A stretch of DNA of 64,000 bases, taken from sequence record SRR31156797_601; one strand, written 5' to 3'. How positions within the stretch are numbered: position 1 is the stretch's first letter; every line of letters starts with the position of its first letter. Below the pieces are notes generated by a model. The model was not told the DNA's origin and made no database searches. It worked only from the letters and a program-made list of their open reading frames with translations. Positions 49,051-57,679 of this stretch are shown in pieces. Both the position numbers and the translations under genes were made by a program.

Positions 49051-50091
49051 ATGAATGCAAGAAAAGCAATTGGCAAAGCAGTATTTTATCTGATAATTGC
49101 AACAGTTTTATTTGCGGTATTAGTACCATTTCTCTCTTTCCTTGTAACTGCATTCTATTCCGCTGACGAAGTATATAATATCCCCAGATCGTTTTTACCA
49201 AAGGGGAGCTACGATATCATGGTAGAATACAAAGATGATATGTACTATTTGTCAGTTTATGAAGATGGACTGGAAGATTATGAACTAAAGATATATTCAG
49301 GCAAATCAGAGAAACTAAGAAGATACCTGCAAACAACATATTCAGTAAGATTGACAGATGAGGAACTACTAGCTGATTTTGAACCTGCAAAGAACGGTGA
49401 GACGATATATTTAAACTATAGGAAAGATTTACTATATAATTTCAAAACATTTTTTTCAATAACAAATAATGCAGATAAATCCGTTATGAATTCAATTATT
49501 GCAGCTGGATGGACAATATTGATTTCGCTGACTATTGGCTCAATGGCTGGATATTCTTTGGCAAGGTATAGAATAAAATTCAAAAAGCAGATAAATATGT
49601 CGCTGCTTTTAGTTAGAATGTTTCCAATGGTAGCAATAGCAATTCCTATGCTGGTAATCTTAATAAAAATGGGATTTACAAATACTATGATAGGATTGGC
49701 AATTGTATACTCCGTAGGTAACATAGCATTGACGGCATGGATTACAAATAGCATTTTCAAGGGCATTGGTGTTGAATTGGAAGAAGCATCATTGGTATTT
49801 GGTGCAAACAGAATACAGACATTTTTTAAGATTACACTACCACTAGCCTTCCCGGGGCTTGTTGCGTGTAGTATGTATGCCTTTTTAGCAGCATGGAATG
49901 ACTCTATAACCGCATTGATATTGGCAAATAATAATCCTACATTGTCATTGCTGATTTACAAAGCAATCGGCATGAGCGGAGAAATACAATTGGCAGCAGC
50001 GGGTGCAGTAATATTAATAACTCCTGCGCTAATATTTACATTCATTATTAAAAATTACATCAACCAATTGTGGGGAGATGTTAAATTCTAA
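49051..50091 (+). CDS. CUT1 ABC permease (MalG-type) with an enlarged extracytoplasmic loop
   Basis: AGYSLAR, RMFP, ELEEASLVFGA, ITLPLA.PG; acidic insert of about 80 aa after TM1. Confidence 0.9.
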   Translation: MNARKAIGKAVFYLIIATVLFAVLVPFLSFLVTAFYSADEVYNIPRSFLPKGSYDIMVEYKDDMYYLSVYEDGLEDYELKIYSGKSEKLRRYLQTTYSVRLTDEELLADFEPAKNGETIYLNYRKDLLYNFKTFFSITNNADKSVMNSIIAAGWTILISLTIGSMAGYSLARYRIKFKKQINMSLLLVRMFPMVAIAIPMLVILIKMGFTNTMIGLAIVYSVGNIALTAWITNSIFKGIGVELEEASLVFGANRIQTFFKITLPLAFPGLVACSMYAFLAAWNDSITALILANNNPTLSLLIYKAIGMSGEIQLAAAGAVILITPALIFTFIIKNYINQLWGDVKF

Positions 50092-50109
50092 GCAGAGGGA
50101 GGACACAAA

Positions 50110-51201
50110 GTGGAATTTTTGAAATTAGAAAATCTAACGAAGAAATATCAAAATAAAATATTAGCAGTAGATAAGATGGACCTTGAAATAAAAAAAGGTG
50201 AATTTCTGGTATTGCTTGGACCATCAGGCTGCGGTAAGACGACAACCATGAGGATGATTGCAGGACTTGAGGATGTAACTGAAGGAGACATATTGTTAGA
50301 AGGTCAGTCTATAAAGGAACTGCCTCCAAAGGACAGGGACGTCTCGATGATATTTCAATCATATGCAGTTTGGCCCCATATGACTGTCAGGGAGAATATA
50401 GAATATCCTCTAAAACTAAAGAAAATACCTAAAGAAGAAAGAAAAAAAAGAGTAGAAGAAACAGCGGAAATGGCGGATATTACGAAATATCTTGACAGAC
50501 TTCCAGCCAATTTATCTGGTGGTCAGAGACAGAGAGTAGCAGTAGCTAGAGCAATGGGGGTGAAGCCTAAGCTTTTCTTAATGGATGAGCCTTTGTCAAA
50601 TCTGGATGCAAAACTTCGTGTTTCTATGAGAACTGACCTAAAAAAAGCACACGAGCAGCTAGGCTCAACCACAATATTTGTTACTCATGACCAATCTGAA
50701 GCTATGTCGCTAGCTGATAGAATCGTTGTAATGAATATGGGTGTTATTGAACAGATAGGTACACCTAATGAGATATATCACGATTGTGAAACTATGTTTG
50801 TTGCCAATTTCATCGGTTCACCACCAACGAATTTCTTGGATGTTGAAGTAGAAGCTAAAGACAATAAAGTTTTCTTAAAGCATGAGTTGTTTAGTTATGA
50901 AGTTAAATCATCAATATCTGACAAGTTAATTGCCTATGACGGCAAGAAAATCGCATTTGGCATCAGACCAGAGAATTTTGTTATAGCTGATGATGATAAT
51001 GAACAGATATTATTTACAAGAAAAATATTGTTTGTGGAACCTCAGGGCTCTCATACAATCATTGTTGTAAAAGTAGATGACAAACAAATTAAGCTTTTAA
51101 CAAGCGATGTTCTAACGTTTGAAGTGGGTCAGGAGATAAAAATCGCTGTAAATAAAAAATATATGTTATTTGATTTAGAAACAAAGAATCGAATCAAATA
51201 A
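50110..51201 (+). CDS. Sugar ABC ATP-binding protein (MalK/MsmX-like)
   Basis: GPSGCGKTT, LSGGQRQRVA, LMDEPLSNLDAKLR, VTHDQ, C-terminal TOBE domain. Confidence 0.95.
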   Translation: MEFLKLENLTKKYQNKILAVDKMDLEIKKGEFLVLLGPSGCGKTTTMRMIAGLEDVTEGDILLEGQSIKELPPKDRDVSMIFQSYAVWPHMTVRENIEYPLKLKKIPKEERKKRVEETAEMADITKYLDRLPANLSGGQRQRVAVARAMGVKPKLFLMDEPLSNLDAKLRVSMRTDLKKAHEQLGSTTIFVTHDQSEAMSLADRIVVMNMGVIEQIGTPNEIYHDCETMFVANFIGSPPTNFLDVEVEAKDNKVFLKHELFSYEVKSSISDKLIAYDGKKIAFGIRPENFVIADDDNEQILFTRKILFVEPQGSHTIIVVKVDDKQIKLLTSDVLTFEVGQEIKIAVNKKYMLFDLETKNRIK

Positions 51202-51214
51202 GAAAGGTTATATT

Positions 51215-52561
51215 ATGAATATTGCGTTGACGCACTTTAGAGTAGGGGAAACCGATGGTGTATCTCTTGAAATGGATAAGTGGAAACAAGTACTTGAGAG
51301 AATGGGGCATAATGTATGCTACATAGCTGGTACATCTGGTCCGCAGGAAGCATTTATTATAGATGAAATGGACTATCGGGGTAAAAAAGATGCAGAGCTG
51401 AACAAAGCTTGTTTTGAGAACGAAGGTCTGATCTCTGATGAAGAATTAAAAATTGAAATTGAATCATTTGCTAAAATAATAGAAGATCAATTTGTAAAGA
51501 TAATTGAGGACAATGGTATTGATATGGTTATTGCAAACAATCTGTTGTCTTTAGGAAGAAGCCCTCATATTGCAATGGCTTTGACTAATGCTGCTATTAA
51601 AACGAAGGTAAAAGTAATCGGCCATCATCATGATTTTTACTGGGAGAGAGATTATTTTGATAATCCTAAGAATGAATATGTACGATATTTGCTGGATGAA
51701 TATTTTCCGCCAAAGCAACTGGGTGATATGAAGCATGCTGTTATAAATAAGTTAGCAAAAAGGGATTTGTTGGACAAAAAGGGTAAAGAGAGCTTAGTAG
51801 TGCCTAATGTGTTTGAGTTTAATAATGATTTATGGGTAGAAGATGAATATAACAGAACATACAAACAGGATTTGGGCATCGGCGATAATGAAGTAGTGTT
51901 CCTGCAGGCTACAAGAGTAACCAATAGGAAAGCTATTGAGCTGGCGGTGGACTTGGTGGCTATGCTTGATACTCCAAAATTTAGAAATAAACTACTAGGT
52001 AAAACGCTATATAATGGTAAGATTTTTGACGAAAACACAAAATTGACACTTGCAATGATTGGTTTGCATGAAGGCGGCGATAATTACGAGGAGAGACTTA
52101 TTAATTACGCTAAGCACAAAAATGTGAATCTGATTGTTAAACCCGAATTAGTAGACCATGGCAGAAAGATACAAGAAGATGGAACAAAAGTGTATGCCTT
52201 GTGGGATGCTTATGTATACTGTGATTTGATTACTTATCCAAGTATATATGAAGGATGGGGCAATCAGTTTTTAGAAGGGGTTTTTGCTAAAAAGCCACAG
52301 ATTGCATTTGAATACAGGGTGTTTAAAAGCGATATAAAAGATTTTAATTTTGACTATATTACTTTGGGCCAAACCTATACAATTGGCGAAAATAACTTGG
52401 CAAAAGTTAAAAACGAAGTACTTGAAAAGGCAGCGGATGATTGTATCGCGTATTTGTGTGATAAGCAAAAATATTATGACTGTGTTGACAGAAATTTTGA
52501 GATTGGGAAAGAGAATCTGTCGCTGGAGGCGTTAGAAAAACTAGTCAAAACTTTAGTATGA
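51215..52561 (+). CDS. GT4 glycosyltransferase, mannosylglucosylglycerate synthase (MggS)-like
   Basis: IAL.HFR.G.TDGVSLEM.KW..VL..MGH, NNLLSLG, HHHDFYWER, VVPNV, LQATRV..RKAIELA, YPS.YEGWGNQFLE. These match the Thermotogales MggS pattern as I recall it. Confidence 0.75.
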   Translation: MNIALTHFRVGETDGVSLEMDKWKQVLERMGHNVCYIAGTSGPQEAFIIDEMDYRGKKDAELNKACFENEGLISDEELKIEIESFAKIIEDQFVKIIEDNGIDMVIANNLLSLGRSPHIAMALTNAAIKTKVKVIGHHHDFYWERDYFDNPKNEYVRYLLDEYFPPKQLGDMKHAVINKLAKRDLLDKKGKESLVVPNVFEFNNDLWVEDEYNRTYKQDLGIGDNEVVFLQATRVTNRKAIELAVDLVAMLDTPKFRNKLLGKTLYNGKIFDENTKLTLAMIGLHEGGDNYEERLINYAKHKNVNLIVKPELVDHGRKIQEDGTKVYALWDAYVYCDLITYPSIYEGWGNQFLEGVFAKKPQIAFEYRVFKSDIKDFNFDYITLGQTYTIGENNLAKVKNEVLEKAADDCIAYLCDKQKYYDCVDRNFEIGKENLSLEALEKLVKTLV

Positions 52562-52580
52562 TTTCTAACATGGAGTAAGT

Positions 52581-53519
52581 ATGAGTATAACATTAACGAG
52601 AATTGTTCAGGAGCCTATTTTAGAGGCGAATGAGAGCAATGCTTGGGAAAAAGCGAGCTGCTTTAATGCAGGAGCTATAAAAAAAGATGGCGTGGTTCAT
52701 ATGTTTTACAGAGCGACAAATACCAGCTGCAACGGAAGAGAAAGCAGCGACTACATGAATTATATTGGTCATGCAGTAAGTACAGATGGTATTAACTTTG
52801 AACGTGATAATGATTACGTTATTGGACCAGAAGAAGGAACTCAATGGCAAAGGGGCTGCGAAGACCCCAGAGTTATGAAGCTGGAAGACAAATATTATAT
52901 GCTTTACACTGGATATGCAGCAAGATTTCCAGGAGATTTTCGTATATGCATGTCTTCCAGTGATGATTTGGTGAACTGGGAACAGCACGGAATGATATTG
53001 GATGAGAGCAACAAGGACGCAGCATTCTTCTCCAAAAAAATTAACGGTGAATATGTTTTGCTGCATAGAAGATCACCCAATATATGTATAGGTTATTCAA
53101 AGGACTTAAAAGAATTTTATAATCATAAGGTGTTGGCTAAAAGGGACGAAAATAATAATTGGGAAGATTATAAAATAGGAATTGCCGGACCACCAATTGA
53201 GACTGAAAAGGGATATATTCTGATATATCATGGAGTCAGTAAAGCAAAGAAAGATTACGGTATAAGGGGTGAATATGCCCAGTATTCTCTTGGAATTATG
53301 CTGCTTGACAAAGATGACCCCAGTAAAATAGTGTACAGACAAAAGGAACCAATTTTGGTACCTAAACTTGATTGGGAGCTAAATGGTCACGTGCCAAATG
53401 TGGTTTTTAGCTGTGGTCAGGTCATAATGGGTAAAGACTTGTACGTTTACTATGCAGGTGCAGACCAAAGAATGGGCGTTGCCAAAACATCTATGAGCAG
53501 TATAATGGATTTATTTTGA
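52581..53519 (+). CDS. GH130 beta-mannoside phosphorylase-like protein
   Basis: FNAGA, MFYRA, RGCEDPR, NKDAAFF, LLHRR, KIG..GPP, YHGV, VPNVVFSCG, YYAGAD. Confidence 0.88.
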   Translation: MSITLTRIVQEPILEANESNAWEKASCFNAGAIKKDGVVHMFYRATNTSCNGRESSDYMNYIGHAVSTDGINFERDNDYVIGPEEGTQWQRGCEDPRVMKLEDKYYMLYTGYAARFPGDFRICMSSSDDLVNWEQHGMILDESNKDAAFFSKKINGEYVLLHRRSPNICIGYSKDLKEFYNHKVLAKRDENNNWEDYKIGIAGPPIETEKGYILIYHGVSKAKKDYGIRGEYAQYSLGIMLLDKDDPSKIVYRQKEPILVPKLDWELNGHVPNVVFSCGQVIMGKDLYVYYAGADQRMGVAKTSMSSIMDLF

Positions 53520-53520
53520 T

Positions 53521-55086
53521 ATGAAAACAAGCGAGAAATGGTTTAAAACAGAAATAATTTACGAAATATACCCTGCAAGCTTTACGGAAGAAGGATTGCA
53601 GGGTGTAATTAAGAAACTAGAATATATAAAAAGTTTGGGTGTAGATGCAATATGGCTTTGCCCAATTTTTGATTCTCCTTTTATGGACAGCGGATATGAT
53701 ATATCTGATTATTACAATGTGAATGAGAAATTCGGGACAATGTCTGACTTTGATGAATTAATTGAAAAAGCTCATAAAACAGATCTGAGAATCATTCTGG
53801 ACATTGCATTAAACCACACAAGCAGTGAACATCCGTGGTTTAAGGATGCATGCAAAAGCAAAGACAGTATTTATAGAGATTATTATATTTTTAGAGATAG
53901 TAAAAATAATAGTTATCCAAATAATTGGATTAGCTCCAAAACACTGAAAACCACATGGACTTATAATGAAGCGACGGATGATTATTACATGCATATCTAT
54001 ACAAAATATCAACCGGATTTAAATTGGCGAAATGAAAAGGTACGAGATGAAATTTATAAAATATTGGAGTTTTGGATAGAGAAAAATGTAGACGGCTTTC
54101 GATTTGACGTTATAAACAAGATAGCAAAACCAAGTGAGCCAGAAAATGTGGAATCTCAAAGAGTATATGCAGATTATCTATATGAAAATCATGCGGATTC
54201 TCATGTATTTATAAGAGAAATGCGAAATAATGTATTTGATAAGCATAAGGGAGTACTGATGCTTGGTCAAACAAGTGGTATCAGTATTGATGAAGGTATA
54301 AAGTATGGCAGCAGAGACAATCAAGAGCTGGATTTGTTTCTACAGTTTGATCATATGGACATTGATGGCAAAGATAAAGTTATATTGCAAGATTCTATAA
54401 TGAAATGGCAGAATATTGACGAAAACGGTGCATGGCCTGTTATATTTATGGGGAGTCATGATTCGGGTAGGATGGTTAGTAAATTTGCAACATCCAAAAG
54501 TGAATATATTTATACCGCTGCAAAAATGCTTTGTGTACTTCAGTTATGCCTAAAAGGCACTCAGATTATTTATATGGGGGATGAGCTAGCTGTTTCTAAT
54601 GTAAGAAATACTCATATCGACGAATTTGTTGATATCAGGAGTAAAGATATATATTATGCAGGAATTAAAGCTGGGCAATGTGAAGAGCAGATAATAGATA
54701 ATCTCAATCAAATAACTCGAGATAATGCAAGGCAGCAGATACCCTGGGCAAAGGCACAGGATATGATGGGGGATAATGAAAGTGTACTATCGTTTTATAG
54801 AAAGATAATTGCGTGGCGTAAGGACGAAGAAGCAGTATTGTATGGCAGGACTTACAGCATTTTCGATGAGGATGATAATATATTTGCTTATCAAAGAGTG
54901 TATAAAGATACTATATTAACTATACTTGCAAATATATCCGAAAAAGATGTAATATTAGATAGCAGTATATATGGAGAACCAATTATATCAAATTATTCAA
55001 ATATACATTCTGGTAGAATGGCTCCATATGAGGTGCGAATATATAAAAAAGCAGGTAGAGTATGTCATTTGATACTAAAAAAATGA
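53521..55086 (+). CDS. GH13 alpha-glucosidase-like protein with Gln at the acid/base position
   Basis: IYEIYP.SF, DSGYDISDY, NHTS, QPDLN, GFRFDVIN and SHD are present; conserved region III reads LMLGQT (CAA 54268-54270) instead of xxGE. Confidence 0.8.
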   Translation: MKTSEKWFKTEIIYEIYPASFTEEGLQGVIKKLEYIKSLGVDAIWLCPIFDSPFMDSGYDISDYYNVNEKFGTMSDFDELIEKAHKTDLRIILDIALNHTSSEHPWFKDACKSKDSIYRDYYIFRDSKNNSYPNNWISSKTLKTTWTYNEATDDYYMHIYTKYQPDLNWRNEKVRDEIYKILEFWIEKNVDGFRFDVINKIAKPSEPENVESQRVYADYLYENHADSHVFIREMRNNVFDKHKGVLMLGQTSGISIDEGIKYGSRDNQELDLFLQFDHMDIDGKDKVILQDSIMKWQNIDENGAWPVIFMGSHDSGRMVSKFATSKSEYIYTAAKMLCVLQLCLKGTQIIYMGDELAVSNVRNTHIDEFVDIRSKDIYYAGIKAGQCEEQIIDNLNQITRDNARQQIPWAKAQDMMGDNESVLSFYRKIIAWRKDEEAVLYGRTYSIFDEDDNIFAYQRVYKDTILTILANISEKDVILDSSIYGEPIISNYSNIHSGRMAPYEVRIYKKAGRVCHLILKK

Positions 55087-56240
55087 TAATTGCAATTATT
55101 ATTGTTGCTATACTGTTTATTCTCTTTTTGGGTTATGCGTTTAACAATATCCAGAAAGTCGAGTTAGAAATTAGATTAATTGATATCTCTGTACTCGATG
55201 CGGAATTGGAAACAAGTGCGAATGAAATAGTTGACAAATACAATGTGGAATATGTGGATAACTTATCATTGAACACAATTGATATGAACATTCTGCTGGT
55301 TAATCACCAAACAAAAAGTGCATGTTTAGTAAAAGGGCAAGAGATATTTGCGGTCGATTATGGGAAACTAGATAAAAGTATAATATATTGCAATAGTTAT
55401 GTTGCTCTTGCTGATGGTCAAAAGACACTTATCATTAATTGTGATGAAATATTAGGGAATCCTATCGCAAGGACTATTTCCAATGCATATCATTATGAAT
55501 ATACAAATACCAGCAACTTAAGCCCAGAATCTGTAGAATGCTTCCAAACAATTTCGCAGAATGAATCAATAAGTTTTTATAAATATCAGATGATTGAGAG
55601 TGCAAAAGAGTCTCTCTTTAATGACGAAAAGCTGGATAATTTTTATTATTTTTATGACCAATGGGCATATTTTGAAGGATTGAATGGGTATCAGGAAGTA
55701 ATAAATTATGATTACTATGATGGTTTCAAGGCTTATGTTTATTCAAAGGCGATGGAAGATATAGATGATAGCTTTGTCTTGGAAGAGTATATTGATAGTT
55801 TTAAAAATGCACATGGAATATATTCAAAAGATAGTGAAAATGCCGTGATGGGTTTGCTTTGGTGCTTATTAATGGAAAAGCAAGGACGCAATGTAATAAT
55901 TGATGAAGACAGAATAACAGATATGTACAAAATGCTTCTGGAAGGTGTACCTCAAGGGCAGGTTGACGATAGTGATATGCGGAGTGAATACCATGAGAAA
56001 TTTATTCATTACATAGAGAATATTGATGAAATCATAAGTGAATATAAAGCTGATATGAATGATATAGAGCCAATAATGCCTGTGAAAACTGCTGAGACAT
56101 ATAAGGGTACTATTAAAGTTAAAGATAATCATTATATTTATATCAATTACAGAGTAAGAACTGATGATAATACCATATTACAGCAAGGGTATTTAACGGC
56201 TGAAGTATCACCATACAATATAAAGCTATATTTTAAATAA
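55062..56240 (+). CDS. Hypothetical acidic protein with an N-terminal membrane anchor
   Basis: 392-aa ORF; KK followed by a hydrophobic helix; overlaps the GH13 gene by 25 bp; no family recognised. Confidence 0.7.
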   Translation: MSFDTKKMIIAIIIVAILFILFLGYAFNNIQKVELEIRLIDISVLDAELETSANEIVDKYNVEYVDNLSLNTIDMNILLVNHQTKSACLVKGQEIFAVDYGKLDKSIIYCNSYVALADGQKTLIINCDEILGNPIARTISNAYHYEYTNTSNLSPESVECFQTISQNESISFYKYQMIESAKESLFNDEKLDNFYYFYDQWAYFEGLNGYQEVINYDYYDGFKAYVYSKAMEDIDDSFVLEEYIDSFKNAHGIYSKDSENAVMGLLWCLLMEKQGRNVIIDEDRITDMYKMLLEGVPQGQVDDSDMRSEYHEKFIHYIENIDEIISEYKADMNDIEPIMPVKTAETYKGTIKVKDNHYIYINYRVRTDDNTILQQGYLTAEVSPYNIKLYFK

Positions 56241-56248
56241 TGTAATAC

Positions 56249-56300
56249 TTGAAACATTGAAAACACTCAAAGTATAATTTGCTCGTAAAACCCGGTTTAC
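56249..56300 (+). promoter_or_regulatory. Sigma-A-like promoter with a downstream operator-like palindrome for glycerate kinase
   Basis: TTGAAA 56249-56254, 18-bp spacer, TATAAT 56273-56278; GTAAAACCCGGTTTAC at 56285-56300. Confidence 0.5.
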
Positions 56301-56385
56301 AGATTATTAATTAGCCGTGTTGGAGAAAAACATATACTGATTTCAGTTTACTTTTATAGAACGATATTAATAAGGAGAAATGCAC

Positions 56386-57522
56386 ATGAAGATAATTGTT
56401 GCACCAGATTCTTTCAAAGGCAGTATATCAGCAAAGAAGGCATGTGATGCTATTGAAAGAGGAATAATCAGCGTTTTGCCTAATGCTGAGGTTGTTAAGC
56501 TTCCCATTGCTGACGGCGGTGAAGGTACAGTTGAATCATTCATTACAGCAACTTCATGCAAAACTATAAATGTCTCTGTAGCAGGACCTCTTGGACTAAC
56601 TACAAATGCAGAATTTGCTGTTCTTGATGATAATACAGCTATAATAGAAATGGCAATGGCTTCAGGACTGACTTTAATTCCTGAAGAAAAGAGAAATCCG
56701 ATGCAAACAACTTCATATGGTACAGGAGAATTAATAAAAGCGGCTCTAGACCAGGGGTGCAGGAAACTGATTGTTGGACTTGGAGGAAGTGCCACAAATG
56801 ATGGCGGCATGGGGCTTGCACAAGCACTAGGCTATTCGTTTAAGGATTCTGATGGAAGAGAATTAGGATTTGGCGGCGGTGAAATCGATGAACTCTACAC
56901 AATAGATTGTTCTAATCGGGATAAAAGACTTGATGACTGTGAAGTTATTGCTGCATGTGATGTGAAGAATATTTTGTGTGGTAAGGAAGGTGCATCATAC
57001 GTTTTTGGTCCTCAAAAGGGGGCAACTCAAGAATCGGTTAAGATTTTGGATGATAATTTGAAACACTATGCAGAGATAATAAAAAAGGATATAAATCTGG
57101 ATATTTGTGAAGTCCCTGGAGCAGGAGCAGCCGGGGGGCTTGGAGCTGGACTTGTAGCTTTTTGCAATGCAAGTATTGTATCTGGGATTGATACTGTCTT
57201 GGATGCAATAGGATTTGATGATTATATGGAAAGTGCTGATTTAGTTATTACTGGAGAAGGGAAAATAGATGTTCAATCTTTTTATGGCAAAGTACCGATT
57301 GGTGTTGCTAAGCGAGCAAAGGCATATCAAGTGCCAGTAATTGCTATTGGGGGGACTATTGATGATAGCATAGATAACATATATGAACATGGTATTACTG
57401 CTGCCTTCAGCATTGTTGACAAACCAATGACTCTAGAGTGTGCTATATCAAATACTGAAGAGCTGCTAACTTGTGCTGCAGATAGGATTTTTCGGTTAAT
57501 CAATATCTATTTATCTAAATAA
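56386..57522 (+). CDS. glxK: Glycerate kinase (GlxK/GarK family)
   Basis: MKII.APDSFKGS, PIADGGEGT, GLGGSATNDGG, FGPQKGA, GAGAAGGLG, ITGEG.ID.QS..GK. Confidence 0.95.
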   Translation: MKIIVAPDSFKGSISAKKACDAIERGIISVLPNAEVVKLPIADGGEGTVESFITATSCKTINVSVAGPLGLTTNAEFAVLDDNTAIIEMAMASGLTLIPEEKRNPMQTTSYGTGELIKAALDQGCRKLIVGLGGSATNDGGMGLAQALGYSFKDSDGRELGFGGGEIDELYTIDCSNRDKRLDDCEVIAACDVKNILCGKEGASYVFGPQKGATQESVKILDDNLKHYAEIIKKDINLDICEVPGAGAAGGLGAGLVAFCNASIVSGIDTVLDAIGFDDYMESADLVITGEGKIDVQSFYGKVPIGVAKRAKAYQVPVIAIGGTIDDSIDNIYEHGITAAFSIVDKPMTLECAISNTEELLTCAADRIFRLINIYLSK

Positions 57523-57679
57523 AAATAAATGATGCTAAAAAGATTGGTTTAATAGGATAATATATTCATTATTGAACCCACTGTTTATACTTCCACTTTG
57601 TGTTTATTAGTATCGTAATTAACTTTACTTTTGATGCAAACTATTCTACTTATAACCCCCAATAAGTTGTCGTATTTGT

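Noticed and set aside
56367-56810. 147-aa antisense ORF, and the many similar 60-130 aa antisense or nested ORFs in the track
   Set aside because: They are shadows of well-supported genes and have no independent signals.
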